From the human T2T-CHM13v2.0 reference genome, Homo sapiens: a DNA stretch of 64,000 bases. Below, piece by piece: positions 27,448 to 40,470 of this stretch. The notes under the pieces are model-generated. The model ran no database searches and was not told the DNA's origin. It saw nothing but the letters and a program-made list of their open reading frames with translations. The stretch is from NCBI GenBank assembly GCA_009914755.4, contig CP068257.2:42752001-42816000 (forward strand). Direction: 5' to 3'. The position numbers and the translations under genes are program-made. Numbering within the stretch: position 1 is the first letter of the stretch; every line of letters begins with the position of its first letter.

Positions 27448-28680
27448 AATTTTGTGTCCCCACCCATGTGATGGTGAGGATGGTGATGGTGATGGTGATG
27501 GTGGTAATAGTAGTGGTGGTGATGGTGATGATGGTGGTGATGGTGATGATGGTGATGGTAGTGGTTGTGCTGGTAATTGTGGTGGTGGTGATGGTGGTGG
27601 TGATGGTGATGATGATGGTGATGGTAGTGGTAGTGGTGGTGATGGTGGTGACAATGGTGTTTGTGATGGTCGTGACGGTAATGGTGATGATGGTGATGAT
27701 GGTGGTGGTAGTGATAGTCATGGTGGTGGGTGATGGTGATGGTGGTAGTGGTGATGATGGTGATGGTAGTGGTCATGATGGTGGTGATGGTGGTGGTGAT
27801 GATGGTGATGATAGTGGTTGTGCTGGTAATGGTGGTGGTGATGGTAGTGGTGGTAGTGGTGATGTTGGTGATGATGGTGATGTGGTGATTGTGATGGTGG
27901 TGCTGGTGGTGATGGTAGTGATGGTGATGATGGTGATTCTGATGGCTGTAATGGAAGTGGTGGTGATGGTGGTGGTGATGGTAGTGGTGGTGATGTTGAT
28001 GGTGATGATGGCAGTGGTGGTGGTGGTGATGGTAGTGGTGATGATGTTGATGGTGATGATGGCAGTGGTGGTGGTGGTGATGGTGGTGGTGATGGTGGTA
28101 GCGGTGATGGTGGTGGTGGTGATGATGGTGATGGTAGTGGTCATGATGGTGGTGATGGTGGTGGTGATGATGATGGTGATGATAGTGGTTGTGCTGGTAA
28201 TGTTGGTGGTGGTGATGGTAGTGGTGGTAGTGGTGATGTTGGTGATGATGGTGATGTGGTGGTGGTGATTGTGATGGTGGTGGTGTTGGTGATGGTGGTA
28301 GTGATGGTGATGATGATGGTGATTCTGATGGCTGTAATGGAAGTGGTGGTGATGGTGGTGGTGATGGTAGTGGTGGTGATGTTGATGGTGATGATGGCAG
28401 TGGTGGTGGTGGTGGTGGTGATGGTAGTGGTGGTGATGTTGATGGTGATGTTGGCAGTGGTGGTGGTGGTGATGGTGGTGATGGTGCTTCTGATGGTGGT
28501 AATGGTGGTAGCGGTGATGGTGGTGGTGGTGGATGGTAATGGTGATGGTGACAGTGGTGGTAGTGATGGTAGTGGTGGTGCTGGTGCTGGTGGTGGTGAC
28601 GATGGTGGATGTGGTGGTGGTGATGATAGTGATGATGGTGATTATGATGGCAATAGTAATGACGATGGTGACAATGTGAG
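27448..28680. repeat. GGT/GAT-rich minisatellite, about 1.2 kb, same unit family as 24555-25171
   Basis: 'ggtgatggtggtagtggtgatg...' units. The His-rich and Val/Met-rich ORFs over it are artefacts. Confidence 0.9.
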
Positions 28681-29679
28681 GACCTTAATGAACTAGCTGA
28701 TGTCAAAGCCCCTTCTAGCTCCCATTCTGAGTGAACTAGATACACGTGTCCTGTTTGCTTGAGTCTGGGCATGATGACTTCCAGTTGAGCCCTTGGCATG
28801 CTCTTTGCCTAGAACAGTCTTCTCCCAGAGAGAGTCAGGACTTGCTGTCTCTCTCTATTCAAGCCTCACTTCATTGGAGGGCCTTTCCTGCCCTCCACCC
28901 ACCCTGTCCCCATCCCCTGTCGTTCTGGAATCTGGATGTTGGTTGGTTGGCTGGTGGGTTTGTGGGTTGTGTCATGTCTAACTGCCAGGCTCCATGTGAG
29001 AGTAGGGACAGAGTCCCACATGTTCCCCATAGTATCCTGGGATGTAGAGCAGGCCCAGTGCCTAGAAGGCACTGAGGAAATCCTATGCAATTCTGGAACT
29101 GCTGTTAGTTCCTGGCCTGGCAGGGTTGCAGGAGGCTGGGGTCGCTGGTCTCCAGGCCTGCTCAGCCCTGACGTTTGGCTCTGATGGTCCACTTACAGAG
29201 GAGGGGGGCCTGGGGCCATGCAGTGCCCTGACAACCTTCTCTTACTTGCTGTCGCCAAGTACAGCTTTGATGGATGGCCTCGTCTGGGACTTTGAGCAGT
29301 GGCCATGCCCAGGGCCCAGATGCTGGGGGAAGGTGCTTGGGAGAGTTTCTGAAAGGCGGCCTCTGCATGTCAGGATGAAGCTGGAAGGCCACAGCTCTGC
29401 TGATGACCAACATAGTCAGGGCTGGAATATGATGGCTGGCATGTGTTAAGGGCTCATTGAGGACCACACCCTTCACCTGCATCATCTCGCTCAACCCTTT
29501 TGCAGAGGGAGGTATTTTTCCTTCCACTTTTACCCATGAGGAAGTGGAGGCCCAGGAAAGTGAGAGAGGTGGCTCAGCTTCCACCACTGGCCAGCGGTGT
29601 GGCCTGGAATGCAGGCCCCAGCAACTTTGCAGCCTCCTGCCTTAAGGGAGTGGGCTGGACCCCAAATGAATCAGTCCCA

Positions 29680-29990
<311 letters not shown>

Positions 29991-30130
29991 TCAGCTCCTG
30001 CCCTATCCCAGACATCTTAAAGCTCAGAGCTGGTCTGCTGCCTATTTCCCAGCCTAGGTGCTCAGTGGAAGTTGGGCGCCTCCAGTTATTTTCTGAGGTT
30101 GAAAAAGCTTAACTAAAATATAAATTTGCA

Positions 30131-30557
30131 GGCCAGGCACAGTGGCTCATGCTTGTAATCCCAACATTTTGGGAGGCTGAGGTGGGAGGATTGCTCGAGC
30201 CCAGGAGTTCAAGACCAACCTAGGCAACATAGTGAGACCCCCATCTCTACAAAAAATAAAAATAACAATTAGCCAGGCACGGTGGCTCATGCCTGTGATC
30301 CCAGCTACTAAGGAGGCCACAGCAGGAGGATTTCTTGAGGCCAAAAGTTTGAGACCAGCCTGGGTAACATAGTGAGACCCCATCTCTACAAAAAATAAAA
30401 AAACAACAACAAAAAAGGAAAGAGTAGCCAGGTGTGGTGGTGCACATGGGGTCAGAGTCCCAGCTGCTCAGGAGGCTGAGGCCAGGGGTTCGAGGCTGCA
30501 GTGCGCCATGATGGTGCCACTGCACTGCAGCCTGGGTGACAGGGTGAGACCCTGACT
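30131..30557 (+). mobile_element. Alu-family composite (free left monomer plus Alu with A-rich linkers), sense
   Basis: Two consecutive left-monomer-like units ('ggccaggcacagtggctcatgc...') then a right monomer. 427 bp. Confidence 0.8.
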
Positions 30558-31364
30558 CTAATGCATATTTGTATGTGAGTAGAAGTTTTCCCAAGATGAG
30601 CCTGCAGAACGTGTTTCCGCTGGGCCGCTGGCTGGTGTGCTGAGCTGTCACTCCCATTGGTCAGCAGCTCTTGCTCATCCGCAGAGGGGCCTGGGACAGA
30701 AGCTGATGTGCTTCAGTCGACCTGATCTTGCAGAACACGGGCTCCAGGGAAAGTGAGGAAAGAGCTCCTCAGCCCGTACCAAGGGCCCTAGCCTGGTCAC
30801 CGTCCCCTCCTCCAGTGAAGAAGCTGGGCACCTGGGAGGCGCATGAGTGTGGGGTGCCATAACCTTGCAGCACTGAGGTGAGCTGAGTTCACCAAAGCTC
30901 CTCGCCCACAGGGCAGGGCTGGAGCTTTGGGGGTCAAGGACAAGCTCTGTCTGCAAATCTAGACAGTTCCTGCATCTCACGGTGGTGGAATCACGCGGGT
31001 CCGAGAAGGCTCCAGTAACCACCCTCGCATGTTTGCAAGGCTGTCTGGGAAAACATGGCAGGTGCGGTTAAGCGGCTTTTGTGGGATTAAGCAAAATGAA
31101 ATGTGGGTGAAAGGAGATGCCCAGGCCTGGAGCGAAATCACTTTCTTCCCTCTCCCTAGATAACTGTTTAAAGTGGGTCATATCCCCAGAAAGTTTCTGT
31201 GTTACTAAAATAGTTGCTCAGTGTATTATAAGAATATCACTTGCAGTGGGCGCTGTGGATGAAAGGAAGTGAGGGAGCCCAGGGGACAGCGGATGAGAGC
31301 TGGAGACTCGGGTTTGCCCACAGAGTTATTTTAACCATAAACACAGCAGGCCGAGGCTGGGCGA

Positions 31365-31775
31365 AACAAAATAAGACAGAAACCAAACATTTCCAGAATA
31401 ATAGCGCCGCTCTACAACCCCACAAAATAAGACAGAAGCCAAATACTCCCAGAAAAACAGCGCTGCTCCACAACCCCCACAAAATACGACAGACACCAAA
31501 CATCCTTAGAACAGCAGCACTGCTCCACGACCCCCACAAAATAAGACAGAAACCAAACATTTCCAGAATAATAGCGCCGCTCTACAACCCCACAAAATAA
31601 GACAGAAGCCAAATACTCCCAGAAAAACAGCACTGCTCCACAACCCCCACAAAATACGACAGACACCAAACATCCTTAGAACAGCAGCACTGCTCCACGA
31701 CCCCCACAAAATAAGACAGAAACCAAATATTCCCCAAGCAACAGTGCCGCGCCACATCACCCCCAAAACAAAACC
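31365..31775. repeat. Tandem repeat with a 180-bp higher-order unit of three roughly 60-bp subunits ('acaaaataagacagaaaccaaacatttccagaataatagcgccgctctacaacccc'), about 2.2 copies
   Basis: The block at 31365-31545 repeats almost exactly at 31545-31725. Confidence 0.9.
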
Positions 31776-32115
31776 AACCTCTGCTGTGCCCAGAGGAAGT
31801 TTCATTGTTTGTGACCTGTCACCTGGCCCTCCCTCAGTTCACTCACCTCCCCCTCTCTCCTGGGACCGACAGGCTGCCAGAGCTTGCCATGTGAGCCTCG
31901 GCTGTCCGTCTGCTGAGACATCTTCCCCTCTGGGGCCCTGGGCAGTTTGGTTCTATGGGAGAAATGCATGTTAGAAATAGTTTCATATTAAGAGGAAGCA
32001 AAGGCTGACACAGGGCCTTGGTGGCTGCATCTGGCAGGGCTGTCTGCAGAGCGGTGTGGCGTTCCCAGGGCCCCAAGGTGTGGTGTGCGTCCAGCTCAGC
32101 TGCTTCCTCTTTCAG

Positions 32116-32203
32116 GGTTGACGCCATGGTGGACCTGCTGGACCTGGACCCACTGAAGAGGTCGGGCTCCATGGAGCAGAGGTTGGCCTCCCTGGAGGAG
32201 CAG
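32116..32203 (+). CDS. TRPM2: TRPM2 exon 23 (VDAMVDLLDLDPLKRSGSMEQRLASLEEQ; coiled-coil region)
   Basis: Acceptor 'ctctttcag' at 32107-32115 and donor 'gtgggt' at 32204. 88 nt. Confidence 0.88.
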
Positions 32204-33322
32204 GTGGGTCCGAGGTCGGGGCCTCCGTCAGGAGGTGCCACTGCTGGGCCTGGTGGGCGGCTCTGCCATGTGGTGGCACCAAGAAGGAGGGCTCTGAGGA
32301 GTGATGGTGAGGAGGAGGCCGGAACGTTGGGGCAGCCATTCCCAGCTGGAAGAGGCACCCTGTGTGTCCTCCAGAAAACCCCGCCCAAGGGTTTCTGTGA
32401 CTGAGTTCCTTCTGTGTGCACTGAGGCCTCCACGGCCGGGCTGTGCTCCTCGCTGCTCCCAGGAAACAGAGTGCTTCTCCCCTCCCGGCCTCCAGGGAGG
32501 CTGTGGGACTCTGTGCCTGAGCCCTGGAGAGGCCGCAAGACCGAGGTGGGGAGGACTTAGAGACGGCCTCTCAGGGTCTGCTCCCACCACCCCATCAACG
32601 TCCACCAGCTGGGCCGGGCTGTGCTGTCCAACAACAGCACCTGCGGCCACGGCAGCCCCTGCGGGCAGTGCTGAGCCCTGTGGATGGCTCAGCCACCCTG
32701 TGCTGCTGCTCCCAGCCTTGCTCTGTGGGGCAGGGCTGGGACCTGTGCTGCTGGGGCATCCACCATCCACCAGTCCTGCCCGTTGCACCCAGGGGTCTGC
32801 CCAGGCCGCCCTCTACCCCTGTCTTGGCCATGCTGGGACCCCTGACAGGGTGCCCAGCACTGAGCCACACGAGTGAGACATGTCCCACTGTCCCCTGTGG
32901 GAGGCGCATCAGCCTCTGGGGAGGCTCCTCCTGGGAGGTGCAGGAACCCTGGAAGCCTCTGGCTTTGGCGGCCTGTGACCTCTCCCTGTGGTGCAGAATT
33001 GCCTGACTGTGCCTTCATGCTGGCTCCATCCTCTGGCTTGTCCAGTGCAGTGACAGTCCCACTGTTGTGTCTCTTGGGGAGGCTGCACCATCAGATGTGT
33101 GACTTGGCAGCCCCCGGGGGGAGCCGGGTGGGCCTGGGGCAGCGTTCTGGCTGGCTTGGTGGCTGCCTGGGGAGGACGTGGTGTCTCACTTTCAAAGGGC
33201 GCAGGGGCTGAGTGACAGGGGTGGGGCTCCTGGCTGGGGGAGTGAAGTCTCGGTGGGCAGTGGGGTGTGTACCATGCGTGTGGGTGGCAGGTGCTCACTG
33301 TGTCTCGGGCCATGCCTTCCAG

Positions 33323-33410
33323 GTGGCCCAGACAGCCCGAGCCCTGCACTGGATCGTGAGGACGCTGCGGGCCAGCGGCTTCAGCTCGGAGGCGGACGTC
33401 CCCACTCTGG
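33323..33410 (+). CDS. TRPM2: TRPM2 exon 24 (VAQTARALHWIVRTLRASGFSSEADVPTL-A)
   Basis: Acceptor 'ccttccag' at 33315-33322 and donor 'gtgagt' at 33411. 88 nt. Confidence 0.88.
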
Positions 33411-34370
33411 GTGAGTGGGTGGCCAGGCCAGCAGCTGGTCTCCAGCCGCCTGTTTCTTTTGGGTCTGGGGTCAGTTGGGAGGAGAGGCAGCTGGGGGTGG
33501 GGGGCTCTGTCCAGGAGGAAGGCACTGGCTGCAGCCTGTTCCAGGCAGGGCCAGCGCCCTCAGGAACTCAGCCCACCCACCGACGCTGGCGCCGAGGCCC
33601 CGCCCAATCCCTGACCTGACCTGGTTCCTGGACGTCCACGGGGAGGCCTGGCCTGCTGTGCCCTGAGCTCCCCACATACCGCACTGCAGAGTGGGGGTGC
33701 GAGGCGGGCGGCTGCAGACTGTGTCTGAACCTGGTCACGTAGGCTGAGTGACGAGAAGCAAAGTCTGTTTTCCTAAATTCGCAGCCGGCTATGAAATGCA
33801 CATCAGTAGCCTTCCTCGGGCTGCTGAGTTTCGCCGGCCCTCAAGGAGCATATTTGCCCTCGTAACCGCACTGCGAGTTCAGCTCATTGCCGAGGGCCCT
33901 GACTGCCGCTGCACAAAGAGGCAGGTGCCGGCGGGGACGCTGCCTGAGCTCCCGTGGCTGTCCTCCCTGGGGGCCCTGCCCACTTCAGAGCTGGTGTTCG
34001 ACCTGCATGGCCATTTGGGCTCGGGGAGGTGGAGGAGCCCAGATGTTTTGGCGGAAGGACCACAGAGGAAGTCCTTGTCCTGCGGGCGGGCACCTGAGCC
34101 CGGGCTCCGCCTTGCGTCACGTCTTCCTGACTGTCCCCAGCCTCCCAGAAGGCCGCGGAGGAGCCGGATGCTGAGCCGGGAGGCAGGAAGAAGACGGAGG
34201 AGCCGGGCGACAGCTACCACGTGAATGCCCGGCACCTCCTCTACCCCAACTGCCCTGTCACGCGCTTCCCCGTGCCCAACGAGAAGGTGCCCTGGGAGGT
34301 GAGCGCCTGCCCAAGCCCAACCAGGCGGAGTGGCCGGGCCCCTGGGGAGGGGAGGGCGGCCCTGTCCCCA
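33340..34370. promoter_or_regulatory. Intragenic CpG island spanning exon 24, intron 24 and exon 25. Candidate internal bidirectional promoter (reported from memory for TRPM2-AS and TRPM2-TE).
   Basis: More than 27 CpGs in the roughly 480-bp stretch 33660-34140 (e.g. 'gcgaggcgggcggctg', 'cgcagccggc', 'gccggcgggg'), with high G+C. Island location matches published intron-24 reports (from memory). Confidence 0.6.
34141..34298 (+). CDS. TRPM2: TRPM2 exon 25 (SQKAAEEPDAEPGGRKKTEEPGDSYHVNARHLLYPNCPVTRFPVPNEKVPWE; linker to the NUDT9-H domain)
   Basis: Acceptor 'ctgtccccag' at 34131-34140 and donor 'gtgagc' at 34299. 158 nt. CpG-rich exon. Confidence 0.9.
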
Positions 34371-35130
34371 TCCATCTGGTATTAATCCTGGCTCTCAGCC
34401 ACTGCAGCCACAGGGGGATCTGTGCGTCTGGCAGCCCCTGTTTGACATTTGAGGAAACCGAGGCACAGAGAAGTCAAGTCACAGGGGCCTCACAGCTGGA
34501 GGTGGTGGAGGGGCCTGAGGGGGGCACACTGATCCCCACAGAGCTCGAGGCTTAGGCTCCTCCCATGACCATCCCAGGGCCCAGCCCCCCGGCCCCATTC
34601 CCCCAGGTCATGCCCTGGTCCTAGACCCCACCCACCCCGGTGAATGGCTCTGGCCCCTTTCCAGGTGCCAGGCATGGAAGAGAGACAGAGACACAGAGAC
34701 AGAGAGATGGCTAATGGCCCCTGGGAGACCCCCGCCCTCCTGGTGCAGGGCTTCTCTCTGGCCTATCCAGAACATTCCAGGCTGCTGCTTCCGCTGCCTC
34801 CCCTTGGTCTCTACCACATAGAATCCTCCTTGCCTCTAGGGTCCAGCTTAGCCCCCTGCCCCACTCTGGGAAGACCCCCAAGGCCCCCAAGTCACGGCCA
34901 CCTGCCCTTCAGCTGGCCCCAGGGTGGGGGTCCCTGATCCCAGCCCCCGGCCCTGCCCAGCCCCCAGCTCTGCCTGGCACCCGGATCTGCCCAGCTTGGA
35001 GCTTCTGCCCTGCATGTTGGGATGTTGGGGTCGGGTTCAGACCCAGCTGAGCAGCCCTTTCACCCTGGTGCCTGGCCCAGCTTTGCAGTGGGGGTAAAAA
35101 TCTGAGGGAAAACTCCCTGTTTTGCGACAG

Positions 35131-35207
35131 ACGGAGTTCCTGATCTATGACCCACCCTTTTACACGGCAGAGAGGAAGGACGCGGCCGCCATGGACCCCA
35201 TGGGAGA
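35131..35207 (+). CDS. TRPM2: TRPM2 exon 26 (TEFLIYDPPFYTAERKDAAAMDPMG-D; start of NUDT9-H)
   Basis: Acceptor 'tttgcgacag' at 35121-35130 and donor 'gtgagt' at 35208. 77 nt. Confidence 0.9.
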
Positions 35208-35480
35208 GTGAGTATGAGCCGCTGTCCGTGCTCCCAGCTGGCCCCAAACCCAGGGCCTCCTAGGGGCTCCCTTGAGAATCCCAGTCAGAGCCCAGCCCGG
35301 GGAGGTCCAGGTGAGCAGGAGGGGCCCGTGGGGGCCTGAAGGGGCCCAGCTCCTACTGTTGTGTACACCCAGCCTGCAGCTACTCGGCTGGGCCCTTGGT
35401 GGGGGGGTGATCCCTCTGCCTGTCTGCTCTGTCCCACCTGCAACACGGGCACACAGACACGCCTTCTCCTCTGCTCCCAG

Positions 35481-35582
35481 CACCCTGGAGCCACTGTCCA
35501 CGATCCAGTACAACGTGGTGGATGGCCTGAGGGACCGCCGGAGCTTCCACGGGCCGTACACAGTGCAGGCCGGGTTGCCCCT
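35481..35582 (+). CDS. TRPM2: TRPM2 exon 27, a 102-nt cassette encoding the 34 aa TLEPLSTIQYNVVDGLRDRRSFHGPYTVQAGLPL
   Basis: Acceptor 'ctgctcccag' at 35471-35480 and donor 'gtgagt' at 35583. Phase 1 into 2. Length is a multiple of 3. Confidence 0.9.
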
Positions 35583-36827
35583 GTGAGTGTGCCCCCTGCG
35601 GGCCCCGCCCCGTCAGCCTTTGGGGTTTGCCTGGGGGGCAGGTTTCCTCTCTGGGCAAAGGAAGCATTTTTCTCATAAAACAAAATCAAAAAAAGCACGT
35701 GAGCCACCGAAAGGAAGAAAACATCAACTCACTGCATCTCCGTAGCCCCCAGGACTGGGCTTGGGGGCGTGGGACTTGCCCCCTGGCCTCGGGCAGGCCC
35801 TGCCCCATGGTCCCTGCCGTAATCTGGGGACGTGGATTTGTCTGTGTACGTGGGGATGGCTGTGCTGGGAGAGGACGATGCCTCAGAGGATGGGCAGGGG
35901 CTGTGCGGCAGGGAGGGGACACGGAGATGGGCACTGGCAGGCTTACCTGGCCGGGAAGGTGGCCTCGCCTGGCATCCTGTTCCCCACAGGATCGGCGCTG
36001 CACCCATCACACAGGTGAGGAAACCCAAAATAAAGGTGTCAAGTGTCCTGTGAGCACCTACAAGTGCCCTGGAAGGAAGGAGCCTGGGAGTCTTGGACCC
36101 TGCCATGAGGAGGAGGTGGAGGAGGGGCCACCAGAACCTGGGACTGGGGGGTTGCCGGGATGTGGGGCATGAACCATGGAGCAGAGGAACCAAAGGGTCT
36201 GAAGGACGGGGGGACTGCGTGGCAGGCCTTTGCAGAATGCTCTGGAACAGGGTGTGGGCTCCTCTGCCTGGAGCCGGAGGTTGAGTAAGGAGGTGGTAGG
36301 AGGCGATGGGGCCTGAGAGCAGAGGTCCTGGCCAGGTGGCTGCAGCTGCAGGCGGCCCGCTCTGGTGTTGGGGGTATGTGGGACGGGCAAGGGCGGGTGT
36401 TTAGGGAGGTGCATCCGGTGGCTATGGGAAGCTGACGAGGAGAGCAGCAGGTGCCTGGCATGGGCAACAAGGCGTGAGCACCTGCTCTCACGGGTGGCTG
36501 CCACACAGGCAGGTGTGTCAGGACTTGGCAGGACGTGGTGTCCATGCGGGCTTTAGTAGTGCAGAAGAGCACTTTCTGTATGCACCATGCTTCTGTTGTG
36601 GACTTGCGAATCATATTTTCATTATATTTCCTTAGGTGTGTTCTCTTTCTATGAAATTATAAAGACACACCTTCCTATATTCATTTGATACATTTTAAAA
36701 TTAGTTTTTTTCACTGAGACTTTAATACAGCTGAAGGCTGATTGTATAAGGTGTGAGGAGGGGCCTGATTTATTTTGTGAATTCACAGAGAAAGTGAGCT
36801 GCCTGACTTCATTTCCTGCTAAGATCT

Positions 36828-37338
36828 GGCCCCTCCCCTGAGGTGTGGCTCCTCCCTGAGGTGTGGCTCCTCCCCTTAGGTGTGGCTCCTCCCCTTAGGT
36901 GTGGCTCCTCCCCTTAGGTCTGGCCCCTCCCCTGACGTGTGGCTCCTCCCTGAGGTGTGGCTCCTCCCCTGAGGTGTGGCTCCTCCCTGAGGTGTGGCTC
37001 CTCCCTGAGGTGTGACTCCTCCCCTTAGGTGTGGCTCCTCCCTGAGGTGTGACTCCTCCCCTTAGGTGTGGCTCCTCCCCTTAGGTCTGGCCCCTCCCCT
37101 GAGGTGTGGCTCCTCCCTGAGGTGTGGCTCCTCCCCTTAGGTCTGGCTCCTCCCTGAGGTGTGGCTCCTCCCCTGAGATGTGGCTCCTCCCTGAGGTGTG
37201 GCTCCTCCCCTTAGGTGTGGCTCTTCCCTGAGGTGTGGCTCCTCCCTGAGGTGTGGCTCCTTCCCTGAGGTCTGGCTCCTCCCTGAGGTGTGGCTCCTCC
37301 CCTTACGTCTGGCTCCTCCCCTGAGGTGTGGCTCCTCT
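36828..37338. repeat. Minisatellite of 20/22-bp units ('gaggtgtggctcctcccctg/ttag'), about 25 copies
   Basis: Regular repetition in intron 27. Confidence 0.93.
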
Positions 37339-37683
37339 TTCAAAGCTCTGTATGCCTCTGTCCCAGTCATCTCATAGCAGATCATGCCACTATTTGCCAC
37401 AGCGTTGCAGTAATCCTGACTCTGGGATAGCATGTCTTTAAACCTGCCTTTTCTAGTCTTGAGCCTTTAGCTTTTTTGTGAGTTTAAAAGCCAGTTTTTC
37501 TAGCTCCATGACAAATCCATTGATAAGAATTGTATTAAATTTATAGAAAAATTTGAGACAATGGACACTTTTATGATAATGAGTCTTCTATGACTGTATT
37601 TGTCAACATTTATTTATGTCTTCTCTTTGTCCTTCCCTAAAGTTTTATAATTTTGTTCATAAAGATCTTACATTTTTAAATAA

Positions 37684-38085
<402 letters not shown>

Positions 38086-38888
38086 TAAAAATATATATAG
38101 GGGCATTATTAATTTTGTTTGCTGACTTTGTATCTAACAACTTTATTAAACCTTCTCGTTAATTATATAAATGTGTTTGTAGATTTTCTATGTAAATAAT
38201 ATATATTCTGCAAATAACAATATTGTCTTTCTCCTTACAATAATCATGCCTCATTCCTTTTTCTTGCCTTATTGTGCTGGGTAAATTCTTCAGTGTAATT
38301 TAGAATATTGGTAATATTAACAGGCTTCCTTGTTTCTGACTTAATGGAAATGCTATCAACATTTCACCATTAAGTATGGTATTTACTGAAGAAATTTATA
38401 AATACCTTTTATTGGATTAGGAATGTTTCTATCTAGTCCCAATTTGTCAGGGGCTGAATGCTACTAAATGGTTTTTCTGCCATTGATTGAGATAGTTATA
38501 AGATGTTTCCCCTTTAGCCAATTAGTGTGTGAATTATTTTTATAGCTCCTTTAGTGTTGAGCCATCCTTGCATTCCTGGAATAAACTCTTCTGTTATATT
38601 TAACGTACTGCTGGAGTTAATTTACTAACATTTTACTTAAGATTTTAAAAAATCTGTGTTCAAAAGTGGAATTTGCCTATAATTTATATTTCTTGTACTG
38701 TCTTACTTTGGTTTTGGTATGAGGTTATACCAGTCTCAATGAATGAGCTGGTCAGCTTTCCTTCTTTTCTCTTCTTTACAAAGAAGAGAATGTTTGTATG
38801 AGGTGGAGATAATTATTTGTTTCTTAAAGTCTGATAATACTTAGCTATATAACTGTTAGCTCTAACATATTTTGAGCAAGTGGATTTC

Positions 38889-39199
<311 letters not shown>

Positions 39200-39769
39200 G
39201 AGCAAGTGGATTTCTAACTACTTTATCTTCCATAATGATTTTTCGAATCTTATTTCCTGTTTCTTCTTGGGTCCTTTTTAGTAATTGTAAATTTTCTGGA
39301 AAATTATAATTTCATCTAACTTTTGAAATGTATTGTGTCACAGATGTCCATAATATTCTTTTATGATTTAAAAAATAATATAAATATATAGTAATTTCTC
39401 TTTTGAGCATTGATATTTATTATGTATTTCTCTTCTTTTTTTTTTTGATTATTCTTGCCAGTGGCTTAATTTTATAATCTTTTCAAAAAACTAACTTTTG
39501 GATTTGTTGATTATCTTAATTTTTCGATCTCATCCATTTTTGCTTTTATTGTTATCTTTCCTTCCTTTCTACTTCTTATGGATTTGCTCTTGATTTGTGT
39601 GTTAGAGCTCATTTTTATTCAACTTTCCTGGTTTTCTAATAAGGGTACCTAAGACTGTAAATTCTCTCTAAGACCTGGTAGGCTGTAACCCTTAAATTTT
39701 GATGTGTAGGGATTTTATTTTTTACTTTATGAATTTCATTATAATCTTCATTTTACACTTTTGTTTTGC

Positions 39770-39908
39770 TCTTTTTTTTTTTTCTTTTTGTGGAGAATGA
39801 GGTCTTGCTCTATTGCCCAGGCAGATCTTAAGCTCCTGGGCTCAAGCTATCCTCCTGCCTCTGCCTCCTCAAGTGCTGGGATTACAGATGTGAGCCACCA
39901 CGCCCAGC
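39770..39908 (-). mobile_element. Truncated Alu fragment (antisense)
   Basis: 'gaggtcttgctctattgcccaggc...gtgctgggattacagatgtgagccaccacgcccagc'. Confidence 0.8.
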
Positions 39909-39934
39909 ATAGTCTTCATTTGATTGTTTAGTGA

Positions 39935-40244
<310 letters not shown>

Positions 40245-40396
40245 TCATGTGCTTATAGTTTTTAAGCCATTCTTTGTTATCACCTTCTAGTTTTATTGCA
40301 TTTTTGTTGGAGCGGGATTGGCAACACGCTGATTCTTGAAATTGAAATGTCCTCCGTGGCCCGTCTCTACCCTGGGTTGTTGCAGCTGTTTGGCTG

Positions 40397-40470
40397 TAAC
40401 CCTAAACTAACACCTAACCCCTAACCTTAACCCTAACCCTAATCCTAACCCCTAACCTTAACCCTAACCC
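40397..40470 (-). repeat. Interstitial telomeric-like repeat: degenerate (CCCTAA)n on +, which is (TTAGGG)n on -; about 12 units
   Basis: 'aaccctaaactaacacctaacccctaaccttaaccctaaccctaatcctaacccctaaccttaaccctaaccc'. Confidence 0.85.

Noticed and set aside
27400-27470. 12-bp inverted repeat 'gggtggggacac ... gtgtccccaccc' at the THE1 LTR edge
   Set aside because: Probably an LTR-end rearrangement or local fold-back created at insertion or deletion. Too short to call a functional palindrome.
24488-28799. Gly/Asp-rich (+), Val/Met-rich (+) and poly-His (-, 460 aa) ORFs
   Set aside because: Translations of the GGT/GAT minisatellites flanking the THE1 element.
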